Origin: Planctomycetota bacterium
GTDB taxonomy: Bacteria > Planctomycetota > UBA1135 > UBA2386
Assembly (NCBI GenBank): GCA_965223545.1
Contig: OZ245006.1
Location: forward strand, 1,216,001-1,280,000
Direction of reading: 5' to 3'
Length of the DNA: 64,000 nt
Position 1 is the stretch's first letter. Every line of letters starts with the position of its first letter. Position numbers and translations under genes: made by a program. Below are positions 38,000 through 47,895 of the stretch, piece by piece. The notes beneath the pieces were generated by a model, which was not told the DNA's origin, made no database searches, and worked only from the letters and a program-made list of their open reading frames with translations.

Positions 38000-40801
38000 T
38001 TGACCAAGGTACGCGTCTACGAACTGGCCAAGGAATACGGCATGAAGGGGCCCGAGCTAGCGGACCTCCTTCGCGAGCTGGGCTTTGACCAGATCAAGTC
38101 TCACATGGCCGTCCTGGACGGGCCCGACCAAATGATGGTCGTGGCTCGGCTCGAGGCGCAGGGACTGACACGCTCTGCCGAGGGCGACGGCACCGCGACA
38201 TCTGCCGAGCCGAAGAAGAAGTCGCTGCCCAAGCGGAAGGCGCTGCCCGGCACGAAGAAGTCGTTGCCGCCGCCGGTGGCGAAGGAGCCGCCGCGCAAGA
38301 AGCTGCAGACCAGCGAAGAACCGCCGGCGCTACCCCCCGAGCCGGAGCCCGCCGCTGCGACGGCCGAGCCGGCGCCCGCCACCGACACCGGGACGAAGCC
38401 AGCCGCGCCCGAACCGCCGGCGCCAGAGCCCGCCGCCCAGCCAGCTGCTTCCGCGGCCGAGACACCCGAGCCAGCCCCCGCCACCCCGGAGGTCGCCGAG
38501 CCGGCCGCGCCCGCCGCATCCGCTGGGGTCGAAGCACCCGCCGCCGCCGCGCGCGAGGCTGCTGCGCCCGAGCCTCCTGCACTGGAAGCGGGGACAATGG
38601 AGGCCGGCGCGACCGCCGCCGAACTCGAGACACCGCCCGCCGCCGAGCCCACCACGAGCGCACCTGCCGCGGCCGCGCCGCCGCCCGCCGAGACCGCGGA
38701 GGCCCCCGCGCAGGAGGCCGCCGCCGGAGCCGACAACCCTCAGGTCAAGCGACTGCTCGTGCCGCAGAAGAAGGCTCAGGTCGTGGGCCGCATCGAGCTG
38801 CCGCAAGAGACTATCCGCGACGCCACGCGCCGCTCGGCCCCGATCAGCGAGCGCGACCAGGCCGCGCGCCGTCTGCGCCGGCAGGCGCTGCAAAGCACTC
38901 AGAGCCGGACCGCCGCCCCGCGGGGCGGCGTCCGCCGCGGGCCGGGTGGGCCGGGACGGGGCCGCACACGCGACGGCAGCCGCGGCCGCAAGCAGAAGTC
39001 CAACGTCATCCAACCGGCGATCGACCCGAACAAGGTCGTCGAGATCGAACCGCCGATCTCGGTGAAGAACCTGTCCGAGGCCCTCGGCATCAAGGTGCCG
39101 CAGCTGCTCGCCACACTCGCGTTCAAGCTCGACATCCAAGGCAAGACGATCAACTCGTTCTTGAGCCCCGACGAAGTCGAGCTCGTGGCCCTCGAGCTCG
39201 AGCGCAAGATCAAGATCGTCGAGCAGCGTGAGGCCGAGGAGGAGCTGATCCAGACGATCGTCGACGAGGCCAAGGAAGAAGACGAGTACGAGCGCGCCCC
39301 CGTGCTCACCTTCATGGGTCACGTCGATCACGGCAAGACCACCCTGCTCGACGCTCTGCGTTCGAGCGATGTGACCAAGGGCGAGGCCGGCGGCATCACC
39401 CAGCACATCGGCGCCTACAAAATCCGGCACAGCTCCGGGGCTCGCTTCGTCGTCCTCGACACGCCCGGCCACGCCGCGTTCACGTCGATGCGCGCGCGCG
39501 GTGCCAGCCTGACCGACATCGTCGTCCTCGTGGTCGCCGCCGACGACGGCGTCATGCCGCAGACGGAAGAGGCGATCTCGCACGCGTTGGCAGCCAAGGT
39601 GCCGATCGTCGTTGCGGTGAACAAGTGCGACCGCCCGGGCGCCAACCCGATGCAGGTGCGCCAGCAGCTGTCGGTCAAGGGGCTGCAGCCCGAGGAATGG
39701 GGCGGCAACGTGCAGATGGTCGACGTGTCGGCGACAACCGGCCAGGGCCTCGACGATCTGATCGAGAAGATCCAGCTCGAATCCGAGCTGCTCGAGCTCC
39801 GCGCCCGGCCGTCGGCAGCCGGTGTCGCCGTCGTCGTCGAGTCCAAGCAGACCCCCGAGCAAGGCGTGGTGGTCAACGTGCTGGTCACCAACGGCACGCT
39901 CCGCGTCAAGGACCGCGTACTCTGCGGCGAGAGCTTGTCTCGCGTGCGCAGCATGACGGACGACCACGGCGAGCAGGTCAACGAGGCTGGCCCGTCGACG
40001 CCGGTGATGATCATGGGAATCGACGAGCTGCCGCAGCCCGGCGATCACCTGTACGTCATCAACGACGTCAAGAAGGCCAAGGAAGTCGCCGAGGACCGGC
40101 AACGGCGCGCCCGCGACATGTCGCTCGCCGAGCGCTCGACCGTCACGCTGGAGAACCTGTCCGCGCACCTCGCGGCAGCCGCCGCCGAGGAGATCAAGGT
40201 CATCCTCAAGGCAGACGTGATGGGCTCGCTGGAACCGATCAAGCGGGTGCTCGCCGAGCTCAACACCGACGAAGTCCGCATCAACATCATCCACGCAGCG
40301 CTCGGCGGGATCAGCGAAACCGACGTCTCCCTGGCCGAGGCGTCCGGTGCTCTGATCGTCGGCTTCAACTCGGTCGCGGATTCGGGCGCCCGCCAGGCGG
40401 CGGATCGCGCCGGGGTGCAGATCAAGTTCTACGACGTGATCTACAACCTCATCGACGACATGAAGGCGGCGATGGAGGGCATGCTGGCGCCCGAAGAGGT
40501 CGAGAAGATCATGGGCCACACCGAAGTGCGCGCGCTCTTCAAGTCGAGCAAGGTCGGCACCATCGCAGGCTGCTACGTGCTCGACGGGACCATCGCCCGC
40601 AACCACAAGGCCCGGCTGTCGCGCGACGGCAAGGTGGTCTATCGCGGCCCGATCACCGGCCTGCGGCGGCACAAGGACGAGGCCAAGGAAGTGCGCGCGG
40701 GGTTCGAGTGCGGCGTCACGTTCGACGGCTTCAACGACATCAAGGTCGGCGACCAGATCGAGACCTACGTCATCGAGTTCGTCAAGCGCACTCTGGAGTG
40801 A
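38000..40801 (+). CDS. infB: Translation initiation factor IF-2
   Basis: KVRVYELAKE, MGHVDHGKTTLLD, GEAGGITQHIGAY, DTPGHAAFTSMRARG, NKCD; TTG start. Confidence 0.98.
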   Translation: MTKVRVYELAKEYGMKGPELADLLRELGFDQIKSHMAVLDGPDQMMVVARLEAQGLTRSAEGDGTATSAEPKKKSLPKRKALPGTKKSLPPPVAKEPPRKKLQTSEEPPALPPEPEPAAATAEPAPATDTGTKPAAPEPPAPEPAAQPAASAAETPEPAPATPEVAEPAAPAASAGVEAPAAAAREAAAPEPPALEAGTMEAGATAAELETPPAAEPTTSAPAAAAPPPAETAEAPAQEAAAGADNPQVKRLLVPQKKAQVVGRIELPQETIRDATRRSAPISERDQAARRLRRQALQSTQSRTAAPRGGVRRGPGGPGRGRTRDGSRGRKQKSNVIQPAIDPNKVVEIEPPISVKNLSEALGIKVPQLLATLAFKLDIQGKTINSFLSPDEVELVALELERKIKIVEQREAEEELIQTIVDEAKEEDEYERAPVLTFMGHVDHGKTTLLDALRSSDVTKGEAGGITQHIGAYKIRHSSGARFVVLDTPGHAAFTSMRARGASLTDIVVLVVAADDGVMPQTEEAISHALAAKVPIVVAVNKCDRPGANPMQVRQQLSVKGLQPEEWGGNVQMVDVSATTGQGLDDLIEKIQLESELLELRARPSAAGVAVVVESKQTPEQGVVVNVLVTNGTLRVKDRVLCGESLSRVRSMTDDHGEQVNEAGPSTPVMIMGIDELPQPGDHLYVINDVKKAKEVAEDRQRRARDMSLAERSTVTLENLSAHLAAAAAEEIKVILKADVMGSLEPIKRVLAELNTDEVRINIIHAALGGISETDVSLAEASGALIVGFNSVADSGARQAADRAGVQIKFYDVIYNLIDDMKAAMEGMLAPEEVEKIMGHTEVRALFKSSKVGTIAGCYVLDGTIARNHKARLSRDGKVVYRGPITGLRRHKDEAKEVRAGFECGVTFDGFNDIKVGDQIETYVIEFVKRTLE

Positions 40802-40803
40802 GA

Positions 40804-40840
40804 CAGTCCCTCGGTGCTGCCGCGCACCGGGAGGGGACTG
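40804..40840 (+). other. Intra-operon hairpin after infB (no U-tract)
   Basis: CAGTCCCtcGGTGC-tgccgc-GCACCgggagGGGACTG. Confidence 0.5.
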
Positions 40841-40863
40841 GACCGTGACCGAGGATCCCCGGC

Positions 40864-41157
40864 ATGATGCACATTGGCGTGCTGCAATTCTCGATGGAGA
40901 TCCCCCACTCGACGTCGCTCAAGGACAAGCGCCGGGTCATCAACCGGCTGCGCGACTCGTTGCGGCGCAAATTCAACATCTCGATCGCGGAGATCGACGA
41001 CCTCGACGATCGCTGCACCGCCACGCTCGGGGTAGCGATGGCCGGCAGCGATGTCCCCTACGTCAACGGAGCCCTCGACAAGCTGGTCGCTGTGTTGAGC
41101 GAGGACCGGGACGCCGTGCTCGGTGAGCACCAGCTCGAGATCTTCAGCCCGCAGTGA
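40864..41157 (+). CDS. DUF503 (YlxP-like) protein
   Basis: SLKDKRRVI..L.D.LRRKFNISIAEI; located between infB and rbfA. Confidence 0.92.
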   Translation: MMHIGVLQFSMEIPHSTSLKDKRRVINRLRDSLRRKFNISIAEIDDLDDRCTATLGVAMAGSDVPYVNGALDKLVAVLSEDRDAVLGEHQLEIFSPQ

Positions 41158-41185
41158 TGCGTCTGCCCGGTGTGAGGCTGCCCCG

Positions 41186-41596
41186 ATGAACGAACGGCGA
41201 ATCAAGCGGCTCGAAGCGCAGATCAAGGAGCGCGCGGCCGAGATCGTGTCGCGCGAGCTCGCCGACCCGCGGCGCGGGCTGATCACCATCACTCGCGTCG
41301 AGCTCGACCGCGAGATGGAGCACTGCAAGATCTTCTGGAGCGTGCTCGGCGGTGACCGGGAGCGCGCGCTCAACGAGAAGATGCTCGAGCACGCGACCTC
41401 GTTCCTCCGGCGGGGCATCGCCCAGGTGCTGCACACGCGCACGGCACCGCGCGTGCGCTTCGTCTTCGACGAGAGCATCGAGGGGGCGATCCGCGTCCAG
41501 GGCCTGCTCGATCGGCTGCGCACCGAGCGCGAGGCGCGGGAGACCACCGCCCCCGCCGGCGACGACGCCACCGGGGAAGCTGCCGCGGACGAGTAG
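41186..41596 (+). CDS. rbfA: Ribosome-binding factor A
   Basis: ELADPRRGLITITRVEL...FLRRGIAQVLHTRTAPRVRFVFDESIE. Confidence 0.93.
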   Translation: MNERRIKRLEAQIKERAAEIVSRELADPRRGLITITRVELDREMEHCKIFWSVLGGDRERALNEKMLEHATSFLRRGIAQVLHTRTAPRVRFVFDESIEGAIRVQGLLDRLRTEREARETTAPAGDDATGEAAADE

Positions 41597-41680
41597 AGGG
41601 CCGGCGATTCTACCGATTCGGGAGCAGTGGCCAGCGCCAGCCGTAGCGCCCCGATCTCCCGTCTACCGTCTCGAGCCACC

Positions 41681-42628
41681 ATGCAGATTCCCCCGCTCTC
41701 CCGCGACTCGCTCCTCGCCTTCACCGTTGCTCTGCTGCTCCCGGCTTCCGGCGCGGCGCAGGACGCGGCCACGGACAACAACGACGTTCTCCTCAGCGCT
41801 TGCCAGCGCATGGCCGGCCTCAACGCGGCCGCGTTTCGCACGATCACATTCGAAGACAACGCCCTGACGCGCAGGTTCCGGGGGTCGATGCCCGGCGGAG
41901 ACGACGACGTCGAGGTGGCGGGATCGTGGCTCAACGAGCTGCGCCACTACCGCACCAACTACGACGAGGACGAGATCCTCAGCTATCGCGGCCGGGCGGT
42001 GGCGAGGTCCGGCGGTGACTGGCTCGCCCGCAGCGACACCCTGGTCAGCGGCGGGAGGATGCCCTACCTGTTCGACCCGCACGTGCTGTTCGACACCCTG
42101 GTCGAGCGGGCCGACGGGCTCACCGTCCTGCACCGGGAGCGCCGCGAACTGCGCGACACCGAGGTCCTCGTGCTGGGGATGACTCTCGAGGGTGCGGCGG
42201 CGCGCGACTTCGTGCTGACTGGCTCCGTGCCCAAGTCGAGCGGCGGGCCGCGCATCATGATGAGCGGCATGGGCGGCGGCACTCCTCCCGAGGACGACTT
42301 CACGGTCGATCTCGCCCTCACCGTCGACCCCGCGACCCTGCTGGTACACCGCGTCCGGGTACGCACCTACCAAGAGAGCGCGTTCGCCGGCCAGATCCAG
42401 ATCTCCGGCCCGGGCGGCAATGTCGGTACCGAGGAAGCCGACCAACCCGTGGTCAGCGAGCACGATGAAGCCGGCAACCGGATCTACAAGCACGGTCTCC
42501 CGGTGCGCAACGTCGGCGAGGGCGTGACCTTGATCGATTTCGACGTGTCGTTCTCCGACCACGACCAACCCGCCGACGTCGAGATCGACGACCGCGCGCG
42601 GCGCCTGCTGCGCATGAAGCGAAGCTGA
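41681..42628 (+). CDS. Secreted hypothetical protein
   Basis: Signal peptide LLAFTVALLLPASGAA|Q; plausible beta-rich protein sequence; no family recognised. Confidence 0.75.
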   Translation: MQIPPLSRDSLLAFTVALLLPASGAAQDAATDNNDVLLSACQRMAGLNAAAFRTITFEDNALTRRFRGSMPGGDDDVEVAGSWLNELRHYRTNYDEDEILSYRGRAVARSGGDWLARSDTLVSGGRMPYLFDPHVLFDTLVERADGLTVLHRERRELRDTEVLVLGMTLEGAAARDFVLTGSVPKSSGGPRIMMSGMGGGTPPEDDFTVDLALTVDPATLLVHRVRVRTYQESAFAGQIQISGPGGNVGTEEADQPVVSEHDEAGNRIYKHGLPVRNVGEGVTLIDFDVSFSDHDQPADVEIDDRARRLLRMKRS

Positions 42629-42744
42629 ACGGCCCGCAACCGCCGCGCTCACCGACGGATCGAAGCCGCCAGTGCAGCTGCTGGCGCCGAGTCGCCATCT
42701 CCCGCCAACGGGGTCCGGTATCCTGGTGTACCCGCGCGTTGGCC

Positions 42745-43320
42745 ATGACCGAGATCGACGACCTGAAGCTGGAGCTGCTGCCGGAGATCGGCGAGGGCTC
42801 CGCCGACTGCATCCCGCTCGTCTACGACGAGCTGCGCCGGCTCAGTGGCGCATTGCTCCGGCGCCAGCGCCGAGACCACACCCTGCAGCCGACGGCGCTG
42901 GTGCACGAGACTTGGATCAAGCTCGAGCGGGCCGGCATCTGTGCGTCGACCCCGAGGCCGGTGTTCTTGCGCGTCGCGGCCGTGGCGATGCGGCGCATCC
43001 TGATCAGCTGGGCCGCCGCGCGCAATGCCGCCAAGCGCGGCGACGGCCGCGCGCCCCGATCGCTCGAGGAGGTGCCGGAGCTCACCGTGGAGGTGCCGGG
43101 ATCGCAAATCGACCTGCTGGCGCTCGACGACGCGTTGCGTGCGCTCCGCCAGCACGACGCCAGAATGGCCCGCGTCGTCGAGCTGCGCTTCTTCGCCGGC
43201 TGCGACGTCGCCGAGACCGCCGCGGCCCTCGACGTCTCGACGGCAACAGTCGAGCGCGCCTGGCGTTTCGCACGCGCCTGGCTGCAACGCCGACTGGCCG
43301 GCGAGCAAAGCCGGCCATGA
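42745..43320 (+). CDS. ECF sigma factor, kinase-associated type (TIGR02999/ECF43-like)
   Basis: LVYDELRRL...HTLQPTALVHE...MRRILI..A...AAKRG...LDDAL...VVELRFFAG...TVERAWRFARAWL. Confidence 0.93.
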   Translation: MTEIDDLKLELLPEIGEGSADCIPLVYDELRRLSGALLRRQRRDHTLQPTALVHETWIKLERAGICASTPRPVFLRVAAVAMRRILISWAAARNAAKRGDGRAPRSLEEVPELTVEVPGSQIDLLALDDALRALRQHDARMARVVELRFFAGCDVAETAAALDVSTATVERAWRFARAWLQRRLAGEQSRP

Positions 43321-46300
43321 GCGACGGGGCGACGACTGGCTGGCGCCGCGTCGAGACGCTGTTCGCCGACGCCGTCGCGCTGCCCGTCGAGGCCCGGCCG
43401 GCCTTTCTCGATCGCGCGTGCGCGGGCGATGCGCGCCTTCGCAGCGAGGTCGAAGCCCTGCTGGCGCACGACCGCGGCGGTCCGCTCGACCGCGCGCCGC
43501 TGCGCATCGACATCGTCGATCCCGATCCGCTGCTGCGGGAGGACGCGATGATCGGGCGGTTCCGCCTGACCCGCCCGCTGGCCGAGGGCGGCATGGGCGC
43601 GGTCTGGCTGGCGGAGAGAGCCGACGGCGCGTTTCGGCAAGAGGTCGCGGTCAAGGTGTTGAAGCGCGGTCTCGATACGGCAACCGTTCTGCGCCGCTTC
43701 CACGAGGAGCGCCAGCTGCTGGCCGGTCTCGTCCACCGCAACATCGCGCGCCTCCTCGACGGTGGAGCGACCAGTGACGGACGCCCTTACCTGGTCTTGG
43801 AGCACGTCGACGGCATTCCGATCGACGTCTTCTGCCGCGAGCTGTCGGTCGAAGCCACCCTCCGCCTGTTCGCCAAGGTGTGCGACGCAGTGGGCCACGC
43901 CCACACGAATCTCGTGGTCCACCGAGACCTGAAGCCCTCCAACGTCCTGGTCACCGCGGCCGGCGAGCCCAAGCTGCTGGACTTCGGCATCGCCAAGCTT
44001 CTCGCCGAGAACCACACCGACATCACGCAGTACCAGCAGCACCCGATGACTCCACAGTACGCCAGCCCCGAGCAGATCCGCGGCGGTCAGGTCAGCACTG
44101 CCAGCGACGTCTATGCACTCGGCTTGTTGCTCTACGAACTACTCTCCGGGCAACGCGCGTACGAGCTCGCCGCATGTGACACCGAAGAACGCCGACGCGT
44201 GGTGCTGGAAGTCGTACCACCGGCGGTGAGTCAGGTGGTGCCAAGACCGCGGGCGCAGCTCCTGCGCGGCGACCTCGACGCCATCGTATCCACCGCGCTG
44301 CGCAAAGCGCCCGGGGAACGCTATGCCTCGGCGCGCGAGCTGGGCGCCGACATCTCCCGTTTCCTAGCCGGCCACCCGGTCATCGCCCGCGGCGACACGT
44401 GGGGCTATCGCACGGCCAAGTTCATTCGCCGCCATCGCGTCGCCATCGCCGCCTCCAGTGCGGCCCTCTTGGGGCTGTGCACGACCCTCGTCATGGCTGT
44501 CTGGATGTGGCAACGCGCCGAGACGCACGCCCGCGAATCGAGCTGGCGCGGCTACGCCGCCGCCCTCAATGCCGCCGACGCGGCGCTCGGCCTGCGCCGT
44601 GCCCCGGAGGAGGCGCGCTCGCTGCTAGCCGAGGTCGCGCCGGGCGACCGCGGCTGGGAGTGGCGCCACCTGTGGCAGCGCGCCAACCGCAGCCTGTGGT
44701 CGTCCGCCCTGCCGGGCCGGGGCTTCGCCACCGCGTTTCACCCCACCGATGCGATCCTCGCCGTCGGCGGCGGTTTGTCCAACAGTGCCGTCCTCGAGCT
44801 ACGCGATGGCGGCGACGGCGCGCTGGTCCGGGCCTTCGAGGGCCACGGCGCGCGCGTGCGCGACCTCGAGTTTTCGCCGGATGGCCGTTGGTTGGCGTCC
44901 GCCGCGGAAGACGGCACGGTGCGCGTGTGGGACGTCGGCAGCGGCGTCGAGTTGCGCCGGATCGAGATCGAGAGCCCGCTGGCGCTGGGCTTCGGCGGCG
45001 CGGGCCGGCACCTCGCCGCCGCCGGCGGCAGCGGGGACGCGCCGGTGCTGATGCTGCTGGATCTGGAGCAGGCCGTGCCCCCGCGACAAATCGCGATCGC
45101 CAGCCGGGCGTGGGCTCTGGACGTCGGCGATGCCGGGCAGCGCGTGGCGATCGGCTGTGACGACGGCTGTGTGCGCTTGGCCGACTTCTCCCGAGCGGAT
45201 CCGACCGTGTCCTGCACCGCGGCCGTCGATGGCACCCCAGTGCGCGCCGTCGCCTTCGCGCCGGCGATGGCGCGCCTGTTCGCAACGACCAGCGACGGCC
45301 GCTGCGCCGAGTTCGACCCAGCGACCCTGGCGCAGATCGACGCCTGGACCGGTCCGGCGCAGGCGTGGGGACTCGCCATCGAGCCGCGGCTCGGACTCAT
45401 CGCCTGGAGCTCGCAGGTCACGCAGGGAGGCATCAACGCGGTGTTGCTCACCGGTCTGCGCCGCGGCACCATCCGCGGCAGCTTCGTCGGCCACCGGTAT
45501 CCGGGCGGCGTCTGGGGCCTGGCGCTGTCGCCCGACGGAGAGCGTCTCGCCAGCACGTCGTGGGACCGCGAACTCTGCGTGTGGGACATCGAGGGCACGC
45601 CGGCCGCGTCGACCATCGACCCCGACCTCCCGCCGGCTCGGTGCGTCGCGGCCGGCGGTGACCAGTGGGTCGCAGGGCTCGAGTCGGGAGAGATCGTGGT
45701 CTGGGACGCGGTCACCACCGCCCGGCGGGTACGGCGCGGCCTACACGCTCAATCCGTCGCCGCGGTGTGTGTCACGGCGAACGACGGGATCGTCAGCGCC
45801 AGCGGCAACCGAGTCTGCTTCGGCGTCGAGCGTCCGCGGTGGCACACTCTTGACGCGCCGGTCACGGCTCTGGGCACCGCCAGCGCGCTGGACGGTGTTC
45901 TGGTGGGAATGACCAACGGCACACTGGTGCAGCTGACCGCGGCGGGCGCCGGCCGCGTGCTGCAGAAGCAGCCCGACACGAGCATCACCGCCATCGCGAG
46001 CTCGCCGAGCGTAGAACACGCCCTCATCGCCCGCACCGCGGGACCGAACGGCGGCACGCTCGACCGACTGGCGCTGCCGGCCGCGGGCCTGGAATGGCGC
46101 GTCGGTCTCGAGGACGAGCCTGTCGACGTCGCGCTGTTGACCGGTGCGCCGCCGCGCGTCGCGGTCGCGCTGCGCGGCGACCGGCTGCACTTCTTCGCCA
46201 CCGGCGATGGCGCGTGCATTCGCCGCGTGCCCGACACTCCGGGAAGCTGGCGCCTCAACGCCTTGGCAGTCCTGCCGGCAGGACGCCTGGCGAGCGCGGG

Positions 46301-46625
46301 GACCGAGCTCGCACTGCGCATCTGGGCCCCCACTCGGACCGGCCCGTTGCTCGCGTTGCGCGAGCCCGCGGTGAACATCCGCGCGTTGGCCTTCGACCCC
46401 GAGACACAGGTGCTCATCGGCGCCGTGCGCGACGGAGGACTCGCCCTCTGGCACGCGCGGGTCCCGGCCGCGATGGCCGGCCCGGCGGCGGCACGGCGGG
46501 CCTGGGAAACCGCTCCGGACGCAGAAGCCGCCCTCCAACGACTGCGCGCGCACCGCTGGCTCGACGAGAGCTCCGCGCGCGACGCCGCCGCAACGCTGCT
46601 CCGGCTCTCCTCGCCGGGGCATTGA
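43317..46625 (+). CDS. Ser/Thr protein kinase with TM helix and WD40 repeats
   Basis: EGGMGAVW, VAVK, HRDLKPSN, DFG, TPQYASPEQ, DVYALG; GH...FSPDG..LASA.EDGTVRVWD. ATGA overlap with the sigma gene. Confidence 0.95.
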   Translation: MSDGATTGWRRVETLFADAVALPVEARPAFLDRACAGDARLRSEVEALLAHDRGGPLDRAPLRIDIVDPDPLLREDAMIGRFRLTRPLAEGGMGAVWLAERADGAFRQEVAVKVLKRGLDTATVLRRFHEERQLLAGLVHRNIARLLDGGATSDGRPYLVLEHVDGIPIDVFCRELSVEATLRLFAKVCDAVGHAHTNLVVHRDLKPSNVLVTAAGEPKLLDFGIAKLLAENHTDITQYQQHPMTPQYASPEQIRGGQVSTASDVYALGLLLYELLSGQRAYELAACDTEERRRVVLEVVPPAVSQVVPRPRAQLLRGDLDAIVSTALRKAPGERYASARELGADISRFLAGHPVIARGDTWGYRTAKFIRRHRVAIAASSAALLGLCTTLVMAVWMWQRAETHARESSWRGYAAALNAADAALGLRRAPEEARSLLAEVAPGDRGWEWRHLWQRANRSLWSSALPGRGFATAFHPTDAILAVGGGLSNSAVLELRDGGDGALVRAFEGHGARVRDLEFSPDGRWLASAAEDGTVRVWDVGSGVELRRIEIESPLALGFGGAGRHLAAAGGSGDAPVLMLLDLEQAVPPRQIAIASRAWALDVGDAGQRVAIGCDDGCVRLADFSRADPTVSCTAAVDGTPVRAVAFAPAMARLFATTSDGRCAEFDPATLAQIDAWTGPAQAWGLAIEPRLGLIAWSSQVTQGGINAVLLTGLRRGTIRGSFVGHRYPGGVWGLALSPDGERLASTSWDRELCVWDIEGTPAASTIDPDLPPARCVAAGGDQWVAGLESGEIVVWDAVTTARRVRRGLHAQSVAAVCVTANDGIVSASGNRVCFGVERPRWHTLDAPVTALGTASALDGVLVGMTNGTLVQLTAAGAGRVLQKQPDTSITAIASSPSVEHALIARTAGPNGGTLDRLALPAAGLEWRVGLEDEPVDVALLTGAPPRVAVALRGDRLHFFATGDGACIRRVPDTPGSWRLNALAVLPAGRLASAGTELALRIWAPTRTGPLLALREPAVNIRALAFDPETQVLIGAVRDGGLALWHARVPAAMAGPAAARRAWETAPDAEAALQRLRAHRWLDESSARDAAATLLRLSSPGH

Positions 46626-46657
46626 TCCGGCGGAAAGCCTCGGCGCCGGGCCGGTCG

Positions 46658-47746
46658 TCACATGTCGAACTCGACCACCAAGCCCGAGTTCTTCCTCACG
46701 GTTCCGGTCGGCCCCTGCGAGCCCGCGACGTAGACCGTACCGATCGGCGAAGCGGGATGTGGCGCGACGATGTGGTGCCGGGCACCGTCACTGAACACCA
46801 AGCCAAAGCTATTGGCGGTCGCATCGGGTGCCACGACCTGACTGAGGATGGTCAGCCCGCTGAAGTTCGGCGTCACGTTCATGCCGATCGAGAAGGTGAA
46901 GTTTCCAGCCGCGTCGGTGAACGTCGGAATCGTCAGCAGATAGTCGGTCAGCACGGTACACGCGCCAGATGGTGCGCTCTGCGTCCCCGGCAGAACGAAC
47001 GGCAAGGGCAACGGACCGAACGCGGTTTGGCTCGTACCGAGAGCAATCGAGACGAGCGAGCTCTTCGGCAGCCGGAAGCCGTTCAGCCGCAAGCTGATCG
47101 CGTTGCCCGCCCAGTTGCCCGATGCACTCGGTTGGATCTCCACCGGCAACGTCGATCCCGTCGTGATGCAGCCGGTGCCATAGCGAGCGAACGCCGGGGC
47201 CGGGTTGGGGTTGGCGCCCCCGGTGTTGTCGAACCAGATCGCGGATGGCTGAGTACGAGAGTGGACGACGATCTCGACACACAGCGGTCCCCCACCGCCG
47301 AAGGCGAATGGGGTCGAGAACGGCAACCGGTAGTCGAAGGGCTCGGCGAATCCAGTGGGCACGGTCTGTGGGAAGCTGACCAACGCGAACCGCGCCGCGG
47401 CCGCTCGGTCGGAGCCATGGTTGGCCGCCAGCGTCGCCGACGGGTTGCTCGCCGTCGTCTGCGCCGTCGACAGGAAGACACTGACCAACATCGAAGACGC
47501 GGGCAGCGTGGTGTTCGCCGCGACTGCGTCGCGGCGAAACGCGACCCCCTTGATGACACCGGCGCGACCCGCCATCTCGTCGTACACCGCAAGGTGGACC
47601 GCCGGAGTCGCCGTACCGCCGATCGCGAAGGTTTCGAAGAACGGTCCCTCGGTCGTCGCGAAGCTGGAGGGACTGACAAACGGCTGTGCGGCCGCTGGGA
47701 CGCAGAGGACGAGCCCGGCGAGGGCGAAGAACGGAGGATGCTGCAT
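46658..47746 (-). CDS. Secreted hypothetical protein with a variant of the shared C-terminal domain
   Basis: Signal peptide ALAGLVLCVPAAA|Q; YGTGC; TDAAGN...PNFSGLTILSQ...ANSFGLVFSDG. Confidence 0.78.
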   Translation of the reverse strand: MQHPPFFALAGLVLCVPAAAQPFVSPSSFATTEGPFFETFAIGGTATPAVHLAVYDEMAGRAGVIKGVAFRRDAVAANTTLPASSMLVSVFLSTAQTTASNPSATLAANHGSDRAAAARFALVSFPQTVPTGFAEPFDYRLPFSTPFAFGGGGPLCVEIVVHSRTQPSAIWFDNTGGANPNPAPAFARYGTGCITTGSTLPVEIQPSASGNWAGNAISLRLNGFRLPKSSLVSIALGTSQTAFGPLPLPFVLPGTQSAPSGACTVLTDYLLTIPTFTDAAGNFTFSIGMNVTPNFSGLTILSQVVAPDATANSFGLVFSDGARHHIVAPHPASPIGTVYVAGSQGPTGTVRKNSGLVVEFDM

Positions 47747-47895
47747 TGGTTCGGGGAACAAGGCTCGGAGAGACGACCGGGCACCCACCGGCGTCGAAAC
47801 CACGTACGCCGACCGGCCCTACCCCCGTCGACCGCGAACCAGCCGCTCGACCGTCAAGATTTTGCGACTCCCGCCGCCGCCTCCGGCGTGGATCG

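Noticed and set aside
42689..42695. GAGTCGC shared upstream of the kinase-linked sigma and of the 46658-47746 gene
   Set aside because: There is no matching second element at a fixed spacing, and a lone GC-rich 7-mer is likely chance.
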